A DNA stretch of 64,000 nt, from assembly GCA_023402505.1 (NCBI GenBank), contig JAEYGD010000367.1:3870-67869 (forward strand). The letters run 5' to 3'. Source of the DNA: Actinomycetes bacterium (GTDB lineage: Bacteria; Actinomycetota; Actinomycetes; Mycobacteriales; Micromonosporaceae). This document shows positions 1 to 7,539 of the stretch, piece after piece. Every line of letters begins with the position of its first letter. Positions within the stretch are counted from its first letter, which is position 1. The notes under the pieces were generated by a model, which was given only the letters and a program-made list of their open reading frames with translations, was not told the origin of the DNA and made no database searches. Both the position numbers and the translations under genes were made by a program.

Positions 1-112
1 CCCTCGCAACGGGGTTCCGGCAGCAGGACGAGGAGCCTGAGGTGGTGCAGGACAAGGGCCGACGCTATGCGCTGCATTTGTGGGCGCATGAAAGGTCCTG
101 GTAGGACGTGCG

Positions 113-1225
113 TCAGGCGGTTGATGCCTCCGCCGCCTGTACGCACGTCGAAGCGGACTGCCGGTAGTTGTTCGCCAGTAGGCCGTATACGTGTCTGGCA
201 AGGTGCCGTTTCAGGGCTCTGATGGCTTCCGTCCGGCTGTTGCCCATGGTCTTGCGGTGCTCCAGGTAGGTGCGGGCTTTGGCGTGGACGCGCGCCTGGG
301 TGATGGCGATGCGGTGGATCGCGGCGTTCAGGCGCCTGTTCCCGCCGCGGTTGAGTCGGTGTCGGTGTGTGGCCCCGGACGAGGCGGGGATCGGCGCGGT
401 GCCAGTGTGCATCGCGTAGGCGGCGCTGGATCGGAACCGCCGCACGTCCCCTGTCTCAGCGACGATCCGCGCCGCGGACAGCGGGCCGCAACCGGGAAGA
501 TCCAGCAGCTGCGGTGCCTGTGTCTTCATCAGCTCGTGCAGCTCCCTTTCGAGCTGGTCGGCGCGGCGGGCGAGCTCCTCAATTCGGTCGAGCACCTCGG
601 CGGCGATCGACCAGCCGACGCCTCCGGCCTGCTCCGCGAGATAGGCGCGCACATGAGCCACCCACCTGCGCTTGTGCAGCTTGCGGGCGGGGATCGTCTC
701 GGCGAAGTCCGGGTCGAGATCGTGCAGCAGCCACCGCAGCCTCGAGCACATGCGCACCATCTCGCCGACGAGGTCTTCGCGGTGGTCGAGCAGCATCTTG
801 ACGACCCGTGACTCGTCCTCGGGCAGCGCAGGCGGCAGGTCCTCCCGTAGTGCGGCGCGGGCGACGGCGAGCGCGTCGATAGGGTCGCTCTTGCCCTGGC
901 CCCGGCCGACCCGCCGGTAGCGGGCGGTCAATTGCGTCGGTACCCACACGGCCGGCTCGCCAGCGGCAAGGAGGCCACGCATCAGGCCGCCAGCGACATG
1001 CCGGACGTCCTCGACTGCCCACAGCCGTTCGCCGTACTGCTGAGCCCACCGCAGCAGGGTCGTCACCCCGCGTGGCCGGGCCGGCGCGGACTTTACGTCG
1101 AGTTGACGGCCGTTGCTGTCGACCGCGACGACGACCAGCAGGTCTTTGTGAGGGTCAACACCAAGAACGATCATCCGTTGCTGAACTCCCAGTGAACGAC
1201 GAGAGGTGAACCAGCCGGCGGACAT
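113..1225 (-). CDS. IS110-family DEDD transposase/recombinase
   Basis: N-terminal VLGVDPHKDLLVVVAVD (RuvC-like DEDD start). C-terminal LLDLPGCGPLSAARIVAETGDVRRFRS (Transposase_20 HhH motif). 370 aa is the typical size. Confidence 0.9.
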   Translation of the reverse strand: MSAGWFTSRRSLGVQQRMIVLGVDPHKDLLVVVAVDSNGRQLDVKSAPARPRGVTTLLRWAQQYGERLWAVEDVRHVAGGLMRGLLAAGEPAVWVPTQLTARYRRVGRGQGKSDPIDALAVARAALREDLPPALPEDESRVVKMLLDHREDLVGEMVRMCSRLRWLLHDLDPDFAETIPARKLHKRRWVAHVRAYLAEQAGGVGWSIAAEVLDRIEELARRADQLERELHELMKTQAPQLLDLPGCGPLSAARIVAETGDVRRFRSSAAYAMHTGTAPIPASSGATHRHRLNRGGNRRLNAAIHRIAITQARVHAKARTYLEHRKTMGNSRTEAIRALKRHLARHVYGLLANNYRQSASTCVQAAEASTA

Positions 1226-1470
1226 GCCTCAATCGGGGATAGGACCAAGCTCCAATCAAGTCACGCCGGCAGGTCGACACGGCAGCGGACGACATGACAA
1301 GACCTCGTCAGCCCGGGGGCGACAGCACGGAAATGAGTCAGCCCGCCGCGTGGCGTATTTACCACGACTGCGCGACTGGCCCGCCGCACCCCAACGGGCG
1401 ACAGCACGGGAACGAGTCAGCCCGCTACCGCGTCAGCGCCGCACGAGAGCGGCCCACCCAGGTTGTCATT
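1226..1470 (-). ncRNA. candidate IS110 bridge (guide) RNA region in the 5' non-coding end
   Basis: Non-coding end upstream of the recombinase CDS. It carries two 30-nt direct repeats, GGGCGACAGCACGG(A/G)AA(T/C)GAGTCAGCCCGC, at 1317-1346 and 1396-1425 (28/30 identical, 79 bp apart). The position matches where IS110-group elements encode their bispecific RNA. The fold was not computed. Confidence 0.3.
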
Positions 1471-1710
1471 GAGGCAGGGGAATCCTGCCGTGACGATGTC
1501 GACGGGCTCGACCTTCGTCCAGTCGACGGTGCGGATGTCGCCGAGGTTGGCGATGGCGGGCCAGTGGTGGGCGAGGACGGTGCGGGCGTGCCGGTCGGTC
1601 TCGGCGTACCAGGCGAGCTGGCCGCCGAGCACCAGCTCGACGGCCATGTCGAGCCCGCCGTACCCGGTGCAGAGGGATCCGATGCGTGGGGCGGTGTGCG
1701 CAATGCTCAC
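1417..1710 (-). pseudogene. C5-cytosine DNA methyltransferase, N-terminal fragment (truncated after motif IV)
   Basis: Sequence from the GTG start: VSIAHTAPRIGSLCTGYGGLDMA (motif I-like) ... DIVTAGFPC (motif IV), followed by unrelated sequence and a stop. The GTG at 1710 overlaps the upstream stop (GTGA). The gene is disrupted at the IS110 junction. Confidence 0.6.
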
Positions 1711-2573
1711 GCCACCTCCGCGCGCCCGGGGCCGGCTGTGACTGGTTCGTCGTGGGGGCAGGTCCACGGCCCGCAACCAGGCGCATCCCCCGGTCGGGGG
1801 CGTGGGCGCAGCTGCACCTCGTCGAGCGGCACGCGCTGCCGGTGCAGGATGAACTGGCCGCGCAGCGGGTGCCCGTCGGCGTTGGCCTGCGCGGAGCCGT
1901 TGCGGATGGAGCGGTCGAAGGCGACCGCGTCGGCCCACTCCTGCGGGCTGTGCTCGCGTAGGGCGAGCCAGAAGCCGTCGTCGTGGAACGGGCATCCCAC
2001 GCACGACGACTTCGGGGTGTCGGCGAGGCCGTGCTCGGCCAGGAAGCGCAGGCAGTCGGTGCGCCGCCAGGCCAGGTCGAGCAGCGGGTGGACGTTGCGC
2101 ATGTAGGCGACGTCGGAGTCACGGGCCCGACCGATCTCGTCCAGGCTGATCCCGATCGCTATCTCCGCCCGGACCCCGGCCGGTACTCGCGTCGGGTGCG
2201 GGTAGCCCAGCCGGCGCCGCACCTCCGCCTTGATCGGTTTGATCTTGTATTCGGAGGTGCATTGCCGGCGGGCCATGCCCCGCTCGCCGTTGGGTCCGAG
2301 GGTGAACAGGGGCATGCTCGCGAAGCGATGCTTCGGGTCGAGGGCGTCGGCCCGGATGTCGCCGGCGCTGACGCGCACGACCTCGATTCCGGCCTGCTCC
2401 GCGATGCCGGTCAGGCGGTCCAGATGCCGGTAGACTGCTGCCGGCTCCCAGCCGGTGTCGGCGAAGATCGCCGCGCCGAACCCGGGGATCGTGCCCTGGG
2501 CGGCGAGCAGCAGGAGCGTGGAGCTCTGCACGCCGGCGCCCAGCGACAGGTAGCGGTGGGTGGGTGCGCTCAC
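1707..2573 (-). CDS. PAPS-reductase / PP-loop ATP-pyrophosphatase family protein
   Basis: Starts at a GTG (VSAPTHRYLSLGAGVQSSTLLLL, a PP-loop-like SxGxxxS). Also contains ADTGWEP, QCTSEYKIKP and a C-terminal cysteine pair SSCVGCPF. The start overlaps the upstream stop (GTGA at 2570-2573). The first 229 aa of the 517-aa track ORF are a shadow frame. Confidence 0.75.
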   Translation of the reverse strand: MSAPTHRYLSLGAGVQSSTLLLLAAQGTIPGFGAAIFADTGWEPAAVYRHLDRLTGIAEQAGIEVVRVSAGDIRADALDPKHRFASMPLFTLGPNGERGMARRQCTSEYKIKPIKAEVRRRLGYPHPTRVPAGVRAEIAIGISLDEIGRARDSDVAYMRNVHPLLDLAWRRTDCLRFLAEHGLADTPKSSCVGCPFHDDGFWLALREHSPQEWADAVAFDRSIRNGSAQANADGHPLRGQFILHRQRVPLDEVQLRPRPRPGDAPGCGPWTCPHDEPVTAGPGRAEVA

Positions 2574-3631
2574 GCGACCACCCCGGTTCCGTCCTCTGGC
2601 GACGTTGCCTTGGTGAAGATCAGGACGTCCTCGTGCGCGATGAGGTGCATCGGCACCCCGGACGAGCGGGCCTTGCGGACTTGCTGGAGTTGGAAGAACG
2701 ACGGGCGGGCGGCGAGCTGCCCGTCGCGGACGGCCGCGAGGAGGGCGACGCACCGCTCGATCGGCACGAGGCCGGCACGCAGGCCGGCGGCGATGACGGC
2801 GCTGGGCAGGTCGACCAGTTCGCCGCGTTTGCGCCACGGCCTGGCGGTGACCACGACGACGCCGCCGGGCCGCAGCAGGGTGGCGCAGCCGGCCAGGATC
2901 TGGGCGAACCCGTCGGCGAGGCCGGTCAGGTCGCGGTAGGCGAGGTTGCCCTTGTCCTCGCCGTAGCGGTCGTCGTACTTGACGACCCCGTCCGCGCCGG
3001 GCCGGACGAGGCCGTGCACGGTCGGCCCGTACGGCGGCGAGGTGACGACGAGGGCCACCTGCCCGGTGAGGGCTTTCGGGACCAGCGACATCAGCCGAGT
3101 GGCGTCGCCGCGGATGACCGACGCCCGTCCGCTGGCGCCCTGGTCGTGGGCGTGGCGGATGTTGGCGTCGGCGATGTTGCTCCACCGCGGCTCGTACTCG
3201 ATGCCGAAGGCGTCGCGGCCGGCGTGGACCGCCTCGACCAGGGTGGTGCCGATGCCGCACATCGGGTCCAGGACCAGGTCGCCGGGCTGGGTGTAGGCGC
3301 GGATCGCGTGGGCGGCGATCGCGGGAAGCATCCTGGCCGGATGCTTGACCGATTCCGGCACGTAGCGTCCGCGTCGCTGGACGGGGCCGGTCGACTGGGC
3401 GGTGGCCCAGACGGACAGGCTGTCGGGGTCGGCGCGGTGCCGGCTTTCGTAGTCGCGGTGCCGGCCCCGGTAGTCCGCGCCGGCGGCGAAGCCCTTGGTG
3501 TCCGGCTCGTTCGGGTCGGGTTGTCCGGTGGTGGTGTGCTCAGGCACGGCGCTCACCGCCGTTGCGGTTGCGGCGCCGCCCCGACCCGGCCGCGGGGGAC
3601 TGCTGTGGGGTGAAGACCAGCAGGTCCGCAT
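2570..3631 (-). CDS. SAM-dependent methyltransferase (motif I DPMCGIGTT, motif IV TSPPYG)
   Basis: LVLDPMCGIGTTLVEAV ... ALVVTSPPYGPTVHG. Motif I precedes motif IV (gamma order), as in Trm11/UPF0020-like or N6/N4 DNA methyltransferases. The real start may be the GTG at 3556, which would reduce the overlap with the upstream gene. Confidence 0.8.
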   Translation of the reverse strand: MRTCWSSPHSSPPRPGRGGAATATAVSAVPEHTTTGQPDPNEPDTKGFAAGADYRGRHRDYESRHRADPDSLSVWATAQSTGPVQRRGRYVPESVKHPARMLPAIAAHAIRAYTQPGDLVLDPMCGIGTTLVEAVHAGRDAFGIEYEPRWSNIADANIRHAHDQGASGRASVIRGDATRLMSLVPKALTGQVALVVTSPPYGPTVHGLVRPGADGVVKYDDRYGEDKGNLAYRDLTGLADGFAQILAGCATLLRPGGVVVVTARPWRKRGELVDLPSAVIAAGLRAGLVPIERCVALLAAVRDGQLAARPSFFQLQQVRKARSSGVPMHLIAHEDVLIFTKATSPEDGTGVVA

Positions 3632-4475
3632 GCACCCGCAGGTGGGCTACCCGCCACTGCTCGGGGTTGGCGTGGGCCAGGGTGAGCAGTTCCTCATCGG
3701 TGACGACGTGATAGACGAACTGGTCGCCGTCGGTGTCGGCTTCGACGGCGACGATGTGCTGCAGGTAGCCCAGTCCGGCCCGGCAGGCGGCGGCCACGAG
3801 CGGGCCGAAGTCCTCCGGCGTGGGCTGTGTACCAGTGGGCACGCCGACCACGAGGACGAGGCAGCCGCCGGGGCGCAGGAGCCGCGCGCAGGCGGCGAGG
3901 AGCCAGGCGAGCCGGACCCGGGCGGTCGTGTCGGCCTCGTGCAGCGGCCAGCAGGCGACCACCAGGCTGGTGGCCGCGTCCAGCGGACCGTCCTGGGGCG
4001 GCCGGACGACCGCGGCGTCGGCGCCGGGCAGGTCGGGGTCGGTGAGGTCGTCGCCGAACCAGTCGAACAGCTCGGGCGGGTCCTCTCCGTCGCCCGTGTC
4101 GGGCTCGGACGCCGCGGTGAGCGGGTTGGTCTCGGTCGTGGCCGGCGGCAGGCCGGCGGTGGCGGGTCCGATGATCAGGCTGGAGCTGTCGGTGAACCAG
4201 GCGCGGTGGTGCTGGCGACCGCCCTGGGCACAGATCGGGGCCAGGGCGTGGTCGGTGGTGAGGTCGACGACCGCCTCCCCGGGCCGGCTGTACGCGGCGA
4301 CGAGGCGGTAGGCCAGACGGGTGGGCAGGCTGGCGTGGGTTTCGGCGTCGGTACGGGCCGTGCGCCAGACCGTGATCGGCACCGGCGGGTCGCCGGCGAC
4401 CAGGTCGATGAGTGTGGCCTCGGCCGGCTCGATGGGGTCGGCCGGGTTGTTCGGGTGCGGCGTGTGCTCGCTCAT
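3540..4475 (-). CDS. hypothetical protein, degenerate methyltransferase-like
   Basis: Starts at the ATG at 4475 (MSEHTPHPNN). Contains EAVVDLTTDHAL where motif I would be, LVVACWPL where motif IV would be, and RLLRPGGCLVLVV. First gene of the minus-strand operon. Confidence 0.55.
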   Translation of the reverse strand: MSEHTPHPNNPADPIEPAEATLIDLVAGDPPVPITVWRTARTDAETHASLPTRLAYRLVAAYSRPGEAVVDLTTDHALAPICAQGGRQHHRAWFTDSSSLIIGPATAGLPPATTETNPLTAASEPDTGDGEDPPELFDWFGDDLTDPDLPGADAAVVRPPQDGPLDAATSLVVACWPLHEADTTARVRLAWLLAACARLLRPGGCLVLVVGVPTGTQPTPEDFGPLVAAACRAGLGYLQHIVAVEADTDGDQFVYHVVTDEELLTLAHANPEQWRVAHLRVHADLLVFTPQQSPAAGSGRRRNRNGGERRA

Positions 4476-4511
4476 GTGCTGTCGGCTCCGCGCCGCGCCG
4501 TGAAGCGCTGA

Positions 4512-4554
4512 CACCCCCAAACCGGGCTTTGTGAGCCCTGGCGAACACTTGCCG
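4512..4554. repeat. 43-bp inverted repeat, left copy
   Basis: CACCCCCAAACCGGGCTTTGTGAGCCCTGGCGAACACTTGCCG. It is the reverse complement of 6834-6876 with a single mismatch. Confidence 0.9.
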
Positions 4555-4899
4555 AACTCACAGCCGCTCACAGCGCTCGACCCGGCACTGGCTTGTCCGG
4601 ATTCCCATTGCTGTCCCGTGCCGGTCGAAGTGATCCAGTGCCAATGCATCTGATCCGACCGTCGGGGATGGATCACTTTCGTTGACGACACCGAGGTCAG
4701 GGGTCTCCGCCCCTCCGCCGCGGCGCCGTATCTCGGATCAGTTCCACTGGCACACGACGTCGACGGTGGCGCCAATGAATCTGATCCGGGCAGGTCACAG
4801 GCACCACCTGCGGAACAGTTTCGCTGGCACAGGACAATTGCCTTGTCTGGTGCTCGCGACGCGACAGCCATCGGCAGCCGCCTACGGCGACCGGACTTG

Positions 4900-5525
4900 C
4901 CTGCTCCCTGCCCGCGTTTCTGTCAGTGACGCTGTGTCACTGACAGAACGCGTTGCCGGGCGTCGGTGACAGTGCGGAGAACGCTTCGGGCGTCGACGTG
5001 GACCAGCACTGTGAGACGCCGTCGAGCGGCGCGTGCCGGGCCGATGTCATCGGTGCGGCGTCGCCTGTCACAGGGGGCGGGATGTCGAGCGGTGACAGCA
5101 CGTCTGCGGCTGTCACGGGTACGTGAGGAGTCCGCGCGGGCCGTCGGCGGCGAGTTGTGACAGTGGCGTTGTGAGCCGACCGGGGGTGTCACAGGGGCCT
5201 GCACGTGTCCGCGGTGAGGGTCGCCGACGCCGTGTTGCAGGTCGCGGCGTGAGCCTGTGCCACCGCCTCCGAATCGCGCAGTCACAGGCCCTGTGAGAGT
5301 GTCACAGGGCAGGTCAATCGGCCTTTGTCAGATTCTCTGCCAACGATCAGCGGCGATGGCACGTCGTGCGGGCGGGCCGCTGACAGAGGCGGGCCGAGGG
5401 CGGTGGCCAGCGCTCTGAGCAGCTCTGTCAGTTCCTTGTGAGCCGGCTGTGGCGCAATCGATGCCACCGGTCGCCGTGGCAACGCCGGCGACGGCATTCG
5501 AATCCCTTCGCTGTCACAGGAGTTT
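4900..5525. promoter_or_regulatory. array of at least 15 TGTCACAG / TGTGAC / TGTGAG motifs in a roughly 1-kb non-coding region
   Basis: Examples: an 11-bp perfect inverted repeat CTGTCAGTGAC/GTCACTGACAG (4920-4946); CCTGTCACAGG (5064); GTGTCACAGGGG (5186); TCACAGGCCCTGTGAGAGTGTCACAGGG (5282-5308); GCTGTCACAGG (5510). There is no convincing ORF in the region. Confidence 0.6.
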
Positions 5526-5529
5526 TGAC

Positions 5530-6408
5530 ATGAGCGTGTCCGACGCTACGAACTGGCCGGCTTCCGCCCTCGACGCGGCGGAGACCGCCTTCGCCGCGCT
5601 GACCTGCGAGCCCGCGCCGCTGGCCCTCGACTGCACGGCGTTCTTCTCCGACACGGGTCTCCCGCAGCCGGTGATGCCGCTGCCCGCGCTGCGGGACTGG
5701 CTGTTGCGACACCCCCGCGCTTACACGGCGCGTGACGAGGTGTGGCGGGAGCTGATCCGCCGCGCCCGGCTCGACGGGCCGCACTGGGTAGTCGCCGCGG
5801 TCGGCATGGCGATGCCGGCGCTGCAGCAGTACGCGGCCCAGCTGTGCGAGGGCTACGACGGCGACCCGGCGGACGTGGACGCCGAGATCCTGACCGGCTT
5901 CCTGACCGCGCTGCGCGACCGGGCGGACCTGGCCAAACCCGCACCGTACGCGAGCCTGTGCAAGGCGGCGTGGCGGGCGGGGCGGGACCTGCGGCTGCAG
6001 CAGCGGGAGTACCTGCCGGTGGAGGACATCGAGCACGTCGCCCCCGGTTCCCGCACGCCCCGGGTGCCGTACGGGCATCCGGACCTGCTGGTCCGCCGTG
6101 CGGTGACCCTCGGGATCCTCGACCCCGAGGACGAGCAGCCCTACATCGACGTGCGGCTCGGGCGCCGGGCGATCGAGCCCATCGCCGCCGCGAAGGGCGT
6201 CAGCGTCGACGCCCTGCGCATGCGGCTGTCACGCATCGACAGCCGTATCGCCGAGGCCCTCTCCGATGGGCTGTTGACCGGGGTCGCGTCGCCGGAAACC
6301 ATGGCGCACCTGCGGCTGCGGGCCGAGCAGCGGAGCCGGCGACGGGCGGGCCGCGCCGCGGCCGCCCGCCGGGAAGCCGCTCGGCAGCACGCTGCGGCAG
6401 CCGCCTGA
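5530..6408 (+). CDS. sigma-70-like / HTH regulatory protein (hypothetical)
   Basis: ATG at 5530 (MSVSDATNW). The C-terminal IAAAKGVSVDALRMRLSRIDSRIAEAL looks like a sigma region-4 HTH. The tail is R/A-rich. A strong terminator follows. Confidence 0.65.
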   Translation: MSVSDATNWPASALDAAETAFAALTCEPAPLALDCTAFFSDTGLPQPVMPLPALRDWLLRHPRAYTARDEVWRELIRRARLDGPHWVVAAVGMAMPALQQYAAQLCEGYDGDPADVDAEILTGFLTALRDRADLAKPAPYASLCKAAWRAGRDLRLQQREYLPVEDIEHVAPGSRTPRVPYGHPDLLVRRAVTLGILDPEDEQPYIDVRLGRRAIEPIAAAKGVSVDALRMRLSRIDSRIAEALSDGLLTGVASPETMAHLRLRAEQRSRRRAGRAAAARREAARQHAAAAA

Positions 6409-6424
6409 CCCCGCGAGCAGAGAC

Positions 6425-6459
6425 GGCTGTGGCCCGACGTTGCACGTCGGGCCACAGCC
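6425..6459 (+). terminator. stem-loop terminator after the regulator gene
   Basis: Perfect 15-bp stem GGCTGTGGCCCGACG / CGTCGGGCCACAGCC with a 5-nt loop, followed by ATTTCTG. Confidence 0.7.
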
Positions 6460-6792
6460 ATTTCTGATGCCGGGTGCCCGTTCTCAATGGAGCCGCTCCG
6501 GAGGGAGCGCGCTGCGCTGCGAGCAGATCGATGGAGAAGGCCAGCGCCCGATTCTCAGTCGATCTGCCCTGCAGTCGCGTTCTGCGGCGCGTCGCCCGGC
6601 CCGTCCGCTCCCGCGAGTGGGACCTGATTGCATAGTCCTGAGCACCCTGGGTCTGGGCGGACTGATGCGGCCTTGTCAAGAGCGGTGAGCCCTGTCGGCA
6701 CTCACACTGCCCACCGGCAGCCGGTTCCGTTCCGTCTGTGTGTTCGCGTCCCTCGACCGCGCTGTCGTCGGTGAGACAAGCCCTGACCTGCG

Positions 6793-6876
6793 CTGTGAGC
6801 CCGACGCAGGGCCGTGTGAGCGACGTGTGAGCGCGGCAAGTGTTCGCCAGGGCTCACAAAGCGCGGTTTGGGGGTG
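6793..6876. repeat. three TGTGAGC repeats plus the right copy of the 43-bp inverted repeat (6834-6876)
   Basis: CTGTGAGC (6793) and the tandem CGTGTGAGCGA / CGTGTGAGCGC (6813-6834), followed by the reverse complement of 4512-4554. Confidence 0.85.
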
Positions 6877-7158
6877 CGGGACCTTTCGCGAGCCGTACCG
6901 CTCGCCGGTCCCGCCCGCCGCCGGGCGACACGAGGAACCGCGATCCGCGTGCCTCGGGTGCCGCGCCACGTTGATGCGCTGACACCACATTGATGACCGC
7001 AACCCACCCATGAGGGAGGAAGAGCTCCTCCCGGGGCTCACGCGGTTCGTGCGCTTCTTCACCTGCGCCCGGCGGCGGTCCCTTCGACCGCTTCGAGCAA
7101 TCGCCGCGCCCCGGGTCACGCCTTTCGGCGTCCGGGGTGCGGCGGGAGGTGAACCGCC

Positions 7159-7539
7159 ATGTCCCGCACCCCACATCACACTCTTCGAACCCAGCGACTC
7201 GTTCGTCTCGCACTGCGTGTGGCCGTGCCGCTGGGCGGCGTCGGCCTGTCACTCGCCCTCCCGGCCGCCGCGTACGCCGACACCGGCGTGCCGGTGCTGG
7301 CGGCGAACTCCCTGCCGGTCGTCATCGACAACCTGCGGCTGTGGCTGGTCGGCATCCTCGCCGCGGTCGCGACCCTGTTCCTCGTCCTCGCCGGCGTGTA
7401 CTGGGCCACCGCCGGAGGCGACCCGGCGCAGGTCGAGCGGGCCAAGAGCGCGCTGCGCAACGCCCTGGTCGGCTACGGCCTCGCGGTCCTCGCCCCGGTC
7501 CTGCTGCAGATCGTCCAGGGCATCGTCGGAGCCCCGTGA
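7159..7539 (+). CDS. VirB2/TrbC-like T4SS pilin/membrane protein
   Basis: Signal peptide ending AAAYA, followed by two hydrophobic helices. The ATGGDP motif region and the 126-aa size fit. First gene of the T4SS operon. Confidence 0.75.
   Translation: MSRTPHHTLRTQRLVRLALRVAVPLGGVGLSLALPAAAYADTGVPVLAANSLPVVIDNLRLWLVGILAAVATLFLVLAGVYWATAGGDPAQVERAKSALRNALVGYGLAVLAPVLLQIVQGIVGAP

Larger units (their letters stand above)
102..1470 (-). mobile_element. IS110-family insertion sequence (ends approximate)
   Basis: Contains the IS110-type transposase. The 3' end is very short: the stop at 113-115 is about 10 bp from the putative end. A roughly 245-bp 5' non-coding end fits the IS110 group. The C5-methyltransferase reading frame loses similarity right after the codons for GFPC at about 1470. 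A stretch encoding QDLS at 91-102 (minus strand) could be the displaced continuation. Confidence 0.55.

Noticed and set aside
5282-5497. 71-aa minus-strand ORF inside the motif-rich non-coding region. Neighbouring ORFs 4682-4969 and 4923-5285 were considered as well.
   Set aside because: - Third-position GC is only about 73%, against more than 90% in the real genes here.
- There is no RBS.
- The reading frame is built largely from the repeated TGTCACAG motifs.
A small regulatory peptide cannot be fully excluded.
4512-6876. Interpreting the 43-bp inverted repeats as the ends of a transposon carrying the regulator gene.
   Set aside because: There is no transposase inside and no flanking direct duplication. 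Both copies are embedded in longer, imperfectly symmetric TGTGAGC-repeat regions that face outward-reading operons. A duplicated operator/promoter, or an invertible switch, fits better.
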